Below, one piece after another: positions 1-13,900 of a DNA stretch of 64,000 nucleotides. The position numbers and the translations under genes are program-made. The notes beneath the pieces were generated by a model that saw only the letters and a list, made by a program, of their open reading frames with translations, did not search any database and was not told the DNA's origin. Location: the NCBI GenBank assembly GCA_964106915.2, contig OZ066914.1. One strand, written 5' to 3'. Numbering within the stretch: the first letter of the stretch is position 1; each line of letters starts with the position of its first letter. Origin of the DNA: Podarcis gaigeae (Eukaryota).

Positions 1-110
1 TGGTAGAGCATGAGACTCTTCATCTCAAGGGTGTGGGCAGAAGATTCCTGCATTGCAGGGGGTTGGACTAGATGACCCTTGTGGCCCCTTCCAATTGTAT
101 GGTTCTTGGA
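1..110 (+). mobile_element. tRNA-headed SINE with CR1-type tail (partial); related pieces at ~4195-4245 and ~37290-37375 (-)
   Basis: TGGTAGAGCATGAGACTCTT tRNA-like head; GGTTGGACTAGATGACCC...CCCTTCCAA tail. Confidence 0.6.
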
Positions 111-1089
111 GATTTAACTGGAAACTAGTGTGCACTATGCAACTTGCACTTTAATGTTTTAAAATATATGATCATTTCCTTTATTTTTTTTAAAAAAGCA
201 TTCCCCTTACAAATGGCTAGTTGCTTGAAATGCTTTGGATCAAAACTGCTTCCAATGAGAACTGGTTAGCAATTTGAGCTTTTAGGGGGAAGAGCTGGGT
301 GTCTGTCTGCTGGCAGCCTTCCGTAATATCCGAAGCATTTAGAATTTCAGCACTGCTGAGTTCTGAACAGATTTTACTTTTACCTTCGATAGCCTGGCCC
401 GGCGGTATCAGCAGTTGGCGATGTTTGCAGGGCTGTGCTTGTGGGTGGCTGTGCTATGGATTAGGAAGGCTGCTTTTTAGATCCCGATATGCAGCGGAGG
501 TGGCAGTGGGCTCCATGCGGCCGCCGTGCCTGATGTGGGGGGGGGGGGCGCTGTGCTGCTTCTCCAGCCTCTGATGTTCGGCTTTTCGCTCGACCACCTG
601 CTGAGTCATTGTAGTAATATGCAGGGGGGGGGGGGCTGGCAGCAGCGGCAAGGCGTTAGGTTTCCATTTTAAGCTCCGACTCTGGTGTTAGCTGAGACTT
701 TAACTCTGCATGCATGAAAACAAACGAACAAACACGGTGCCCGCCGCCCTCCCTAATGTTCAGGCCACAGCGGGAAGAGAGCCTCCTCCGTTTCACACGG
801 CTGCACCAACACTCACAGCACTGCAGCAACCTCTGCACATCCTCAGAAGCATAAGAGCCAACTCCTAGGGGCCGCTGTGGTCCCTTCGCCGCCCCCCTTT
901 ATAAAATATTTGAGCGCCCCCCTCCCAAAAAAAGAAGTTGATGGGCTTTGCCATTCAAATACTGTGCGTGCCATGTGATCGATTATGTGGGTCGGGGCTT
1001 ACCCCCTATATTTCATTCAAGTTGGCACTTCTGCTCAGAGGCGCTTGTTACCCCGCTTCCCACCATACGCAGGCCTAGCAGCACTCAGA

Positions 1090-1930
1090 ATAGGTGCCGG
1101 GGCTGAGCCTTGGCCCCTGTGACGGAAGGGTGCCCCTGCGGCTTGGGGAAGCGAGCCCTGAGCAGCCTGACGCTCCTCCCACCTCCGCTCCCGGCTGGGG
1201 AAAACCCTCCCGCGTCTTGGGGCTGGTTCCTTTAAGAGCCTCCCGCCAAGGACGTGCGCGATTCCGCCGCGCAGCATCCTTGAGCTTCCTGGTTAAGGCG
1301 GCCGGGTGCAGGAGAAGAAAGTTTACGGCCGGCAGGTCCCACCCTGGCGTGACCCAGGGAGTGCGCGGAAGGCTGGGCACGCCCGCCCCCTGGAGGCTGT
1401 CTGCAGCGGCGGCAGCGGCGCCGAGTGGCACGATCTTTCCCCGTCGGCTCCCCGCGCGCTGCGAGCGGAGGAAGGGCGCAGCAAGCCGCGCATGGCGCTG
1501 GTGACCGTCTGTCGCTCCCCGTCGGGGAGCGGCCACTCGACCCCCACCGGCAGCAAGGTGAGCTCGCACGCCGCTTCTAGCCCAGCCTCAAGCCGCCCCA
1601 AGAGAACCGCACCCTGATCCCCCGACGGGACCCACACAGCAGCGGCTCTTCTTTTAGGCACGGCTGCGATCCATCATCCCCTTTCTGGGGCTGGCGGGGG
1701 CTGCTGTTTCGACGGCTGCGCCATCGTGTGCCCCGTTCTCGCCACCTCTCTCTCCCATTGCAAGCCGTATGCTGAGCTGTGCAAGCGACTGCACCTTACA
1801 CCATTTTGGCCCCGAAGGATCTGGCCGTTTGTTCTCGCACCTCCCTGCAGGGGCGCTGTCGGAAGAAGGACTGGCTTGCGCGGGGTGGGGGGCGGTATTG
1901 CGCAGAGAAGGGGGCCCAAGCGCCAAAGAT
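1090..1930. promoter_or_regulatory. CpG island / promoter and first exon of SSH3
   Basis: GC- and CpG-dense stretch around the SSH3 start codon (1492), contrasting with CpG-poor flanks; boundaries approximate. Confidence 0.75.
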
Positions 1931-4900
1931 CAGGCAACAGATTTCCCCGTGTCTCTAGTCTCTTCTTCCCAGTAGAGGGAGCTCCCTGGGGTGAAGCAGT
2001 AGCAGGAGTGGGATAGGGAAAGAAAACGACGGTCTTCCACTCTTATATGTAGGATTTCTTTACCTGCTGCATCAGGGACTCGTGTTTCCCACCTTTGCCA
2101 CTCAAGGTGGGCCAGTCTCAACCTGAAACACGAACTCCACTTAGCTGTTCTGTCATTCAGTGTAAGTCACAGAGTGTCAAAAGGATGGGTTTTTTTGGGT
2201 TTTTTTAAGCCATCATTTGTAGGGGAAGGCCTGTAGATCCTCATGATGGCTCTGTTCTGCCTCCATCCTTCTGAATACCAGTTGCTGGAAACCTCAGCTG
2301 CTGTTGTTGTCCTGCCCCGTTTGCAGGCTTTCTGCAGGCATCTGGTTTGGCCACTGAGAACAGGATGCTGGATTAAATGGGCCTTGGACCTTATCCAGCA
2401 GGCTCTTCTTATGTTCTAGACTGCATCTGCTCCGCCTGCAGGTTCGATTCCCAGAGTTTCCAGGCAGGACTGGGAATGTCCCCTGCCTGACACCCTGAAG
2501 AGGCACTGCCAGACCACGTAGAGATAATATTGAACTAGGTGGGCCAATGGTCTAATTTGGTCTAAGGCAGCTTCCTATGTTAACACTTCTTATGGAGCAG
2601 TATTAAAATGTCCATGCAGAAGCAACTACCTCCGTGCTGGTAGCTGTGGCTACAGAACTAAGGTTACCAGATTTTTTTCAATGAATCCAGGGACACGTTT
2701 CAACTTCAGTCAAATTCAGTGGATTTTGTCAAGGGACTGATTTGTAAATCTGAAACGGGGACATCTGGTAACCTTATTGTAAACAGTTCTGGGTTGCCTG
2801 TTTGCAGGAGAGGCATACAAAGGCATGATCTTGAGTATGTGGCATCCCCAGAAAGGTATGGTGGAGGCATTTTACCAGCATCTTCCTTGGGCTGGGTGCT
2901 TGCACAACTCGTAGCCTTCCTGGATGGGTGGGTGGAATGAGGGGTTCATATAGAGTGGAATAATCTGGCTGTGTGAAGCCAGAATGTTGGAGCTTCACAG
3001 TCCCTCCTCATTGCGACTGTTGTAGAGAGCAGGGGCCAGCTGTGAACACCCATTCAGCTCCTCTTGCTTGAGATTCTCTGCCCCACACAGAGTGCCTTGT
3101 TGTGGGATTCCTTCCCTCCCTGATCAACTCTCTCAATTCTCCATGTAAGGAAGCCTGTCAAAAGCCTGCCACAGTGGTCAATTGCCTTTCCTTGCTTGGG
3201 TCCCCACAGATCTGCTTCCCCCAGTCCTTACTCCTTCCCCCTTTCTTCCTCTAATCAGCTCTTGACAGCTCAAGATCCTGTGCAGAAGAACTGGGCATTA
3301 ATAAGTGACTTGTCAGGGACTTTCACAACTTGCCACTTCCTGCCGGTTCCTTGCAGATTGCAACGTCAGGGGCCTGTGGAAGGCAGCAAAAAATATCCCT
3401 TGCATAATAGCCTCAGAAAAGCAAGATTTCCCCACCCCAGAACACCAACCCTGGGATACCTCTGTGTCCCTTTGCACTGGGGTGCCTAGCGCCAGAGTTC
3501 TCACACCCCAAGCTTGGCAGTTTGCTGGACTGATTGTGTTTCAAGCGTAATTAGATATTGTGCAAGGAGCTGGCAATTAGGAAGTGGCAGGGACAAGGTT
3601 TGTGTTTTTTTCCATGCTTAAAAATGTCACAGGAAATTGCCAACAGACTGGGAATCACATAGATAAGGTTATGCAAGAGCCTGAATTCAAGGCCGCTCCA
3701 GGAAAATATTTGCAACTATTCCAAGGAGACGGGAGACTAGCAGTGTCCTAAAATGGAACCACACTGTGTATTTCCAAGCTGGATTCCCTCCCACCCACCC
3801 ACCAGCCCTCAGCTGTGAAACTGACATTGTGCAGGTCTGCACAGCTTGTGATCCACCAGGGCAAACACAGACCACCAATTGCAGATTGTGAAATGCACAA
3901 GGCTTGATAAATCTTCTAGTTTCTTGCTTATATGGGATATGGACCTACAAAAAACATGGTGGAGAGCACCTCTCAGCCCATAGATGTGGTCTGCAGGGAA
4001 CACTCAGCTTAGTGGGACATAAGATGTCCAGGCTTGGTGCAGAATGCTCAGAATTAGTGTAGTAGTTAACAGCTTGAGCTGCAAAGTCCTTGGTTTGACC
4101 CTTGCCTTAGCAGGGAACTCGTTTGTAGCTTTGGGCAAGACACTCTCTTTTGGCCTCAGCCCCACCATCTACAGTGCAGGGATAATAATACTGGCGACTA
4201 GATGATCCTCAGGGTCCCTTCCGACTCTACAATTCTATGATTCTTATTAATTGGTCACCTTTGTCTTCAGCAAGTGTTCTAGCGTCTTATATAGGCCAAG
4301 AACCAGCAGGTTTACAAAAGCATCCCTTTTATGGCAGAATCCCATATTCACTGTAGAGCCAGCCCTGGTTTTCCACCTGAAGCGAGAATCAATATGGTGA
4401 CCTTCTGTTCACTTCTGAAGTGTTTTTTTTAATGACACGAAGACAAGAAATTGGAGGTAGGAAAATGGCAGCCTTCTGGAATCTGTTGCCCATAGGTCCC
4501 AGATCCAGCCCTGACTTGTAGGCCCATAATGAAAGGCTAGCTACTTCAGCATCTCTTTCAAATAAGGTTGAGAACCAAGCCAGCTTCTGTGAAGGGGGAT
4601 GATTCTCATTCTGTGTCTAATTGTAGCATGCAACCTTAGTATTTGATTAGCTGCATGATGAGACATTTGGGGTTCTTTCATTTACTCCCCCCCCATAAAA
4701 AGAGAACATCTCTAGCCCGTTTGGTGCTGAGATAAATTGGGAACCTGCTTGTGAAATTGCAGAATTCAGAAGGCTGAGCAAGGCTTCCAAGACCTTAGGC
4801 TTCAGTGCTTAGACTCTGTCCTTCTCTCTTCTGAAATAATAAAAAAAAAGATCCAAAACAAACACCAATGCACAAAGTCAGACTGTCGGTTGGGGCCTGT

Positions 4901-7900
4901 AAAATACAGAGCCCTGTATGGAAGTCCTGTTGATGTTCGGGATCAGAGGTGGCATAACAGTTCTGTGCTTGTGGTACAGAAGGGACTGCTTGGAACAGGA
5001 ACATTATGTCATGCTGGGTTTTTCCATGGCAGAGCCAACAGCGCAAACGCAATTGTGAGGTGGTTTGGTTCTTCTGGTATAAAGGAATCGCTCTGAAGTT
5101 GCTATGGAAGGCGCCAGCCACCTGCCCCAGCCATGGGTGTAGCCCGCCAGAACTTGGGCCTTAGCCACACTTACCTTTTGCCCCACTCTTTCCAGGCACA
5201 AGTCTGTGCTTTAAAGCTCTGTGTCCAAGTGTGTTTCTCTCCCCCCCCCCTTATTTGCCACAGAGCTTTCCCTCTGAAATCAGAGCAAATGTCAATTCTG
5301 GTTTTCTGCAGATTGACATGTGCTCTGACTGAATACTAAAGAGCAGGGAAAAGCTCTGGAGGGAAAGCTCTGGAGCAAAAAAAAAGAAAAAGTTGCTTGG
5401 ACACATAGCTTTGAAGCACTGACTGTCCCCGGAAAAGAGCAGAGGAAAGGCAAGTGTGGAGAAGCCCTTAAACCTGTGCTCGCCAGCAGTGCTTTCTTTG
5501 TATGCCTTTTGTGTTGGCAAGTGTGAGCTTAAAACATTTCAGCTGTGCATGAGGTAGATGATTTTAATAATAAATGGTAGAATATTTTATGGTTTTATAG
5601 CCTGCATTTACAATGTTTGTGCATTTCTGTATGTTATGGCTTTGTGGTCTAGACAAATAAACTTATTCATCACTTAAAAGAAAGGCAGCCTATTATCAAT
5701 CCCAAGTCCCACCAAGGTAAAAGCCTCAGTGATTTAATTGGGTCAAACTGTTTTATCCCCAGGCCCATGCAGAGCTTGTCTGAGGCCTGGGGTGGGAGTC
5801 CCCAGTTGGCTAGGAGGCATGACAGTGCAAGTCTGGCAGAGTTTCCCAGCCAGCTTAGCCCTCTGAGGAGTCAGTGCCATTTTTCTAGAAAAAGAGGTTC
5901 TGGAACTCTCCACGAACACCTCCCTCATTCTCTTAGAATGGCAATGGTGCCCACCTGAGAGGTGCCGGGACTGAGTCCCGGAGAGTTCCGGCTGGAAAAA
6001 AAACCCTCTGAGGGCCCCCTTCTTTGTGTGGACCTGCTTACCTCTGGAAGACCTTGGTGGCAGGGCCACCTCTACCGTTGGGCAAAATAAGATGGGCAGC
6101 ATTTGCTGAGGAGTGCAGAGCAAACAGAGCTGAGTGTGCCATGTGATCTGCCTTGTAGCTCCCAAACTAGCCTTCTGCCCTCAGGTCCAAGGGAGGATGC
6201 TGTTCCATCTCCACTGTTCAGGTGATATTCAAGGGCCTGGTTGGCTTTTGCATATGGAATAAGGGGAGCGGCATCTTGCCCCTTTGGCTCAGGAAGCAAA
6301 ATGCCTTGGGGCAGCCCTTGGTGGAAATGACCGTGTCTAGGAGATTGGTGCCACATGTGTGGAAACTTAGAACATTGTTTAATCTGGAGCCGGAGATTTC
6401 TTCTTCTTTGCTCTGGACCAGAAGTGACTGAACTACCTGGAATTCCCTTGCAGGATGAAGATGTTCCTCGGAAGAGACAGCTGCAGCGACGGTAAGGAGC
6501 TAGCCTTTGTAATCCTGTCCCTTCACACATATAAACAAAAAGACCAGGGTCCTCCCAAACCAGCTTCTGGGCTTTTTCACACAATTTATTAAAAAAAGTT
6601 TTGGATTTAGTGTGTTACTCCCAGTAGCAGGAACCCAGCACCAGAGTATCCCCCCGCCTTAAGGCATCAGGGTGGGGGGAAGTTGCACTTTGCAACTTAT
6701 TTTTTAAAAGATGGTTCCAATGCTGGAGCTACATTGTGAAGAAATGCAGAAGGAAGAGAGTATAAATATTCCAAAACAGTGCAGTGGGTAGTGGTGGTGC
6801 AGGAAGGTGGAGCATTGCTTCTTCTTCTAAAATGGCGTACTAAAAAAGATATCATAACAAATTAAACCGTTAAAAAAGCTACAGGTTAAAAAGACAGCAG
6901 TGACCCAGAGTAAATTTAAATCGTGATACCATACTCTGGAATCAAAAAGCAGCAAACATTTAGGAGCATATTCTGGTGCCTTTTTAAGCTGAAGGGGGAG
7001 AGGGTGCCTGCACAGAGAAGACTCTTCTTGGTTACTGCCAAAGACACATAAAAAGTGTGCCATAGCTGATTGTAATGAGCAAGAAGGAGAAGGGGATCCT
7101 TCAGGTAATCAGTTCCAAACTGTTAAGGCAGTATATGTCAAAAGCAAAACCTTAAACCTGGGTCAGTGGCTAAATGACAGCTAATGCAGCTCCTTTAGGA
7201 GTGGTGTAATAGGCATGTGATAAGGCACCCCGGTGAGTTGTCTAATTGCTGCATTTTGCACCAGTTGCAGCTTGCAGGGCAAGCAGGGCAGCCCCACATA
7301 AAGCACACTGCAGTAATCCAAATTCAAGGTTATCAATGCCTGAGCCACAGCAACCAACTGATGTGGGTGTTTGGCGGTGAGGAGGAGGAGAGAGTTGTGT
7401 TCCTCATTAATATCCCATGACATTTGCAAAACCAAATTGTACACCGCAGTCCCAATTGCATTGGAGGGAAGAATTACATTTCCCCAAGAGAAGTGCAATC
7501 TTGAGACAAGATTGTGTGCAGCAAAAGCATAACAACTGCATGTTTGTTGCTCTGAAAAGAGGGAAAGACCTTGCAAAGAAGAGTGGGGAACAGGATAAAT
7601 TATCTTGCAATGGAAAATGTGCACCAAATGAATACATGGGAGGATACTGTGCATTAAATATAAATGTACAGTATACTAGAAAGATCTCTAATTCTGGTGA
7701 ACTGGAAGGATCTAATTCCATCGTCCTCTGTAATGGAACTTGCCATCTTTTCAAACACCTTTGAACTCTGCACTGAGGTGGGGCAGGGGGGTGAGGTGGA
7801 CATAGAAATAATGGCTGCGGGAACGGCTACTGCCCACTCCCCCTACTGCTCCTCCACTCTAAATCGCTTCCCCTAGATAATCTCTGCTTTTAAAAAAATG

Positions 7901-10900
7901 ATGGGAGCACCGTTAAACACGCTAGTGTGTAGCATGTAGGGAGTATTACAGCCTTTCTGTCTAAATTAGTCATGGGTTGGCAGTCATTTTTAGAGCACAC
8001 ATCTCTGTTTAAAAAGTGTGAGAAAAGCGGAGATTTGGCAAATAGTTTTTTAAAAATATTTTGAAAGGGCTAAGGGCACTCTTGGGGGGGAATGCCTTAT
8101 ACAGTACTTTGTGTGTGTGTGTTTTTAAGTAGGTAATAAATCAATCTTGACATTTTTTTAAAAAAGAGTTTGCAATTTCTAAAATGCTTGCTTGTATTCC
8201 AGCTGAGTATAGCTAATATTGGTTATATATTCCTTAGAGTCAATGTTTTTCAACATTTTATTTTAAAATCTGATGTGATTTTCCAATGTTCTGCCACCTC
8301 TGTATACATTTAATAGGCCTTAAGGCTTCTAGCTAGCACAATCTACTTAGTTTCCCTTGATGGCTAGGCCTGCCTCTCTTGGACTACTTCAGATTTTGTG
8401 ACTGTTCTGTAATTGCGAATTGCTCCCAAGCGTTCATGGGGAAGGGCCGTAGTTCAGTGGTAGAGCACCCCCTTTTATACAGAAGGTCTCAGGTTCAGTC
8501 CCAGGCGCCTCCAGGTAGGGCTGGGAGAGATTCCCAGCCTGAAACTCTAGAGAGCTGCTGCTGCTGCTGAACAGTGTAGAAAACGCTCAATTCAATGGAT
8601 CATTGTCAGGGTAAGGCAGCTTCTTGCATTCCCCTTTGAATGAGGAAGGATTTAATGCTCCTTCTGGAGCAAGAGGGTTTTTCTACCTATCTCCATTTCT
8701 TTCCCTTTTCAGCCACAGCTTCGTCATGGTCAAAGGAGCTGCTTTGCTCCTGCAGGAAGAAGAAAAGCTGGAGTCCGTGCAGGAAGGCCCAGCCACCCCC
8801 CTGGACCACAAGCCTAAGAGTGAGAATGCCGCGGCTGAACAACAGGAGCAGCACTTACAGCAAATGGTGGGGTTGATGCGGCCAGAAGACAGCATCCGGC
8901 TGGTGAGACTGTGAGGGCAGGGAGATACGGCAGAGTGTGGATGAGAAGAGACAGGAAAGCAATTGGCCTGACCACAAAATGTGCCTCTTCGGATAAAGAG
9001 TCTGGAGCAGGCAGTTATGGAGTTCAGTGTTTTTACTGCCTTGTAAAAGAGTTTGCTTGGGGCAGGGCCTTTGCCCTTTTCCCTCCTCCTGTTCTGGAAT
9101 CAGCACGGTCTCCATTTCCACCCACTCAACCCTGCCAAGGCCCAACACTCAGGGCAAATTCCCTTCTCTGCCTGGCTCAGCATTGCTTACTATTGGAACA
9201 AAAAATATTCCAGCTTTCTGCTGCCAAGCCAGGCCAGTTTAAGGTTCATTCTGTTCATCAAATGATCTTATCTACCAGAGTTGACCTTCTGTAGTAACAC
9301 CCACAGATTACAATTAAAGCACATGGTTTCACCCACCCCAAAGAGCCCTGTAGGTTGGTGCTGTTTACTATAGGTCTGTGATTGGTAAACTATTTGTTTA
9401 TTACTTATTAAATTTCTATACCACCCCCCATCCGAGGATCACAGAGTGATTTACAATATAAAAACACAAAAAAATACATAGGACAGTAACAAACAAATAC
9501 AATAACATCCTCATCACCACAGAGCATTTGTTTTATTTATTGCAGCTTCCATGGGAAGTTGTGGCTATTAAGATGGTATAGCTGTGCTTTAAACGTATGT
9601 TAGTGGGATTCCTTTCCTTAATGGCATAAGTGCTTTCCTGCCCTCCTGTCCAGAACCACCAGCTGTACCCAGTGTGCCTTGCTGCTGTCCTACAGGCCTG
9701 GTTAGGCAAGCCGTGCCACAAGAGACAACTGTTCTGAAATGAAAGAGGGCTATTTTCTGCAGACAATATTTCAGAAAAGGGAGGTGTGTGCCCTCAGGCT
9801 CCGGCCTAGTTCTAAGAGGCAGTAAACCTGTGTCTAGACAGTATCACTTCAGGCTGTGGGTGGGATTCATATGACTGAATCCTTCCATCGTGGGATCGCA
9901 TCTGAAGCCTGAAAGGGCACAAGTTTACTGCCTCAGTGAGAACGCCTTAGTGACCCAGATTTCTCCCAGGCTAGTTCATCTGGTCTGTGGAGTGCACACC
10001 CGACTATTAACTCCTTCCTCTTCCTCTTGACCTTGATCTTCACCTTTCTCCTCCTCTCGGTGTGATTCTAGAATCTGTGTTGCCTCTTGCCTGGGAGTCC
10101 TGTGATAAACTGATTCCACTTTGCCTTCCTGCTGCAAAACTCTGTGCTGGAGAGGTCTGGCTTCTGAGAGCCTCATTGTCCATGCTTGTGGAGGCTCAGA
10201 GCAGGGCGGCAAGGGATTCCTCTCCTTGAGGAATGTGGTTTTCAGGCAGACATTCAGCCAGGAGCTGCAGCCACTTCCCCATTTATGGCCTGCGGGGCTT
10301 TTGCTCTCTTGGGCAGACAGCCAGAGCTGGCGTCTCTGCCGAGTCTGATCCCGGCTTTGGCTTTGGGGACTCTGCTGGGAGATTTCCAAAGTAGCATGTA
10401 CTGGGTTTTCTTTCTTTTCTAGAGAGTGAGTCACAACAGCCTCCAAGTACCTGGGGCAGTTCCTGAAGGCAGCGGTTCTCATGCTGCTTTCTGGTAGCTG
10501 CTGATGTTCTCGGGAGCTTAGCAGACGTGGCTCGTTCGGAAGTTCAGTAGCAGCAGACAAGCTGCCCTAAAAGATAGCTTGCTCCCCACTGCGGATCTTC
10601 CCTTGCAGTGTGGAAAATGGAGAATTAAATAAATAAACGTGCATCTGTCCAGTATACTCTCAGTTCAGGCAAGTCAATACTGAGGTCTCATATGCTTGTC
10701 TAGTGGTCCACAATAACACTCCCTGCTCCCTCTCTGTGTGTGTCTTCCTATAACATGCCCCAAACCCCTTGGCAAAACTACTGAAGATCTATGGCATTTG
10801 CAAATGTGGAAAGTGTGCAGAAAAATATGAAAAACACTCCCATAACACTTAGGTCCAGAGGCTCTTCCCTCTGATCCTACCACATGATGCCAAACTGCAT

Positions 10901-13900
10901 TCACTTAATCTAGGGGTAGGGGGCCTTTTTCTGAAATTCTATTTTCCTAATGATTTTGTGCTAAAAGCCTTGTATAATATAATTTTCAGTGGATGATTTA
11001 ATAGCTTTGAGAACCTCAGTGCCAGTGCTCTTGGACTCAGAGATGAAAATGTGACACACTTATTTCTGGATAAATGTAAATGGAGTTTCTCCTCAAAACC
11101 TTTTTTCTCGTACTGAAAAGTGCACAAATGCCTACTGACAAGAAACAAGGGGCACTCCTTAGGCCTACTTGGATTATCCCAAGTTGCTATCTTATGTTAT
11201 TTCCACGCAAGTAACAATATGATACTTAGCTATGGCACTGGTCTCAGGAAACATGGAATTTTTTTCAGAAGTTGCTGGTGGTGCTAAACAAAGAACTATA
11301 CCTGCATCTGCCAAATGCACCACCAACAGTTATGTGGAATCTTATTGTCATATGTGTGGAGGTGACACACACAAGTCTTGCAAGGACTGTATGTTTGTTT
11401 CCCTCCTCCAGGCTGTGAGGCTGGAGTCGGCTCGAGCTCACCGGATCCGGTACTTGCTGGTTGTGTCAGCAGCAGAGGTGGAGAGCAAGAGTGAGATGGT
11501 GCTGCTGGGAGTTGACTTCCCTGAAGAAGGGTGAGAGAACAAGGGAAGGAGCAGGAAGATGCAGAAGGGGTGGGGCCCAGGCACTTCTAAGCTAGAAAGC
11601 TTCCAGCAGTCTATACTGTCCTGCCTTGTATCTTCTGCATGATGTATTTCATCAAAGCTTGGACCAAAATGAGATACCCAATAAGGCTGCTATCCTTGAC
11701 CCACTTGCCTGAGAATAAGCCCCATTTAATTATATAGGACTTGGTTCTGAGTAGACATGACTAGGATTGTGCTGAAAGTCTCTTAGACTGCAGGCTGATG
11801 CACACTACTTCCTTGAAAGTAAGTCCCATTGAACGCGGTTGATCTTACTTCTGAACAAACATGCACAGGGAACAGGCAACATTCTCTGCTTCAATAACCA
11901 AGGTTGTGTTCCAAATTACCATTAGCCGAAGGCGAGTACCGTTGAAATTAATGGGGCATGCTTCCAAGAAAATGCACTTGGAAGAACACAACCCCTTTTC
12001 TCTCTGCATGATGTTTGTTTAAAACCCTTATCGAAAGCATCTTTGCTTCAAAGTGCTTTCTTTCTGTCCTTCACTGTGTGTGTATATCTAAACACCTTAA
12101 TGTATTTTACTCCCTGGTTGAACTGGTTTGGCAACCCTTCACCCAGTCTTTCCTCTCCACCCCATTCCCAATGTCTGTGCTCCAGAAGAACCTTTGTTTA
12201 TGTATTCAGTAAGGGCACAGGCACTCGAGCATGCCGCAGGAAGACGTCCAAATCAAGGAGCTGAATGGAAGATAGCAATGCAGTTCGCCAAGCACCTCTG
12301 TCACAGCTCTGGAATGCTTGCTTGGCTTTGCTATCAGTGATTTTTACAATGCTGATCGAGCTACAGTATTGGAAAAGCAGGTTAAGAGGCGAGTGCAGAT
12401 GGGGTGAATGGGGAAGGTTTGTAAGACAAGCACAGGGACTATAACAGGGGCCAGCAAACTTTTTCAGCGGGGGGCCGGACTATGTTTGGGGGGGGGAATG
12501 AACGAATGCCTATGCCCCACAAATAACGCAGAGATGCATTTTAAAGAAAAGCACACATTCTACTCATGTAAAAACACACTGATTCCTGGACCATCCACTG
12601 GCCGGATTGAGAAGGCGATTGGGCCAGATCCAGCCCCCGGGCCTTAGTTTGCCTACCCATGGACTATAATAACCCCTTCAGTAGCTACCTGATCTCTTCT
12701 CTCTTTGCCTCCCAGCTCGGCTGCCTGCACGCTGGGGATGGTGCTTCCGCTTTGGAGCGACACTCAGGTCTTCCTTGATGGCGATGGGTAAGAGACATAC
12801 CTAACCCCCACCAGGCACCCACAATGCTCCATGTGATAGTAATCCTCATATAAGCTTTGTGCTTTGCAAACGAACTAGGATACTCAAACAGACTGAGATA
12901 GTGAGAGGCCATTTTTTTGGTGTGTGTTTATTTTTCTCCTCGCCCAGTTTCACCAACACTGCCTGCTCTCTCATCTGACTTGAAAATGGTCTCCACAGAC
13001 TACAAACCACTTACGTCCTGAATAGCTACGGGAGGGTTTGGGTTTTTTTGCTGTCTCTCCCTCCTGTATTAAGTGGAAACCAAGCATTCTTTTCTGCATG
13101 GTCTCTTTTTCTTAAAAAGTCTCCTTGAGAGCCTGCCCCATGCTGTGTCTCATCTTATGGTTGTTGTTGTTGTTAATGATAGCTATGTAGCACCACTAAT
13201 GTGCACAGCTTTATTTCAGTGAGTCATTCTTGTGTTTGGTTCCATGATGGAAGAGGACTGGGGTATGTGTGTTCATGCCAAACTTTTCACAGGAAAGGTA
13301 TGTTTTGAAGGAAATCCAAGAAGGTCTACTTCACACAGATTTCCTGGAGAACAGTTCTAGGCATAAGGGGCAAAAGGGGGTAAAGGGCAGAGTCATCTGA
13401 GTTAGCAGGAGAGCTTCAGGCAGTTGAAGGTGGTTGAGCTGGAGGCACAAAGGCCTTGAGTGGCCATATTTTGGGATAAAAGAGCAAAGAGATGGACCTC
13501 TGGGCCTTAATTAGCCGTGTTTAGGGAAGTTTTTAATTTTTGATGTTTTATTCTGTTTTTAATTTGATGGGAGCCGCCCAGATTGGCTGGGGAAACCCAG
13601 CCGGATGGGCGGGGTATAAATAAATTATGATGGTGATGATCATGATGATAACAAAATTAAAAAATTCCTTCCAGTAGCACCAGTAGCACCTTAGAGACCA
13701 GTAGCACCTTCAGATACATTGAGTGTATCTGCAGAAGTGTGCATGTACACGAAAGCTCATACCAATAACAAACTTAGTTGGTCTCTAAGGTGCTACTGGA
13801 AGGATTTTTTTTTATTTTGTTTCCACTACAGCAGATCAACATGGCTACCTACCTGTAACTAGATGATGATGATGATGGAGGGCTAACTAGGGTTCAGGGC

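Noticed and set aside
1035-2016. Overlapping long ORFs on both strands around the SSH3 start
   Set aside because: Stop-poor GC-rich CpG island; only 1492-1557 has splice and homology support.
8438-8520. tRNA-like A/B boxes (also at 1-40)
   Set aside because: They run into SINE bodies and lack an intact cloverleaf; not tRNA genes.
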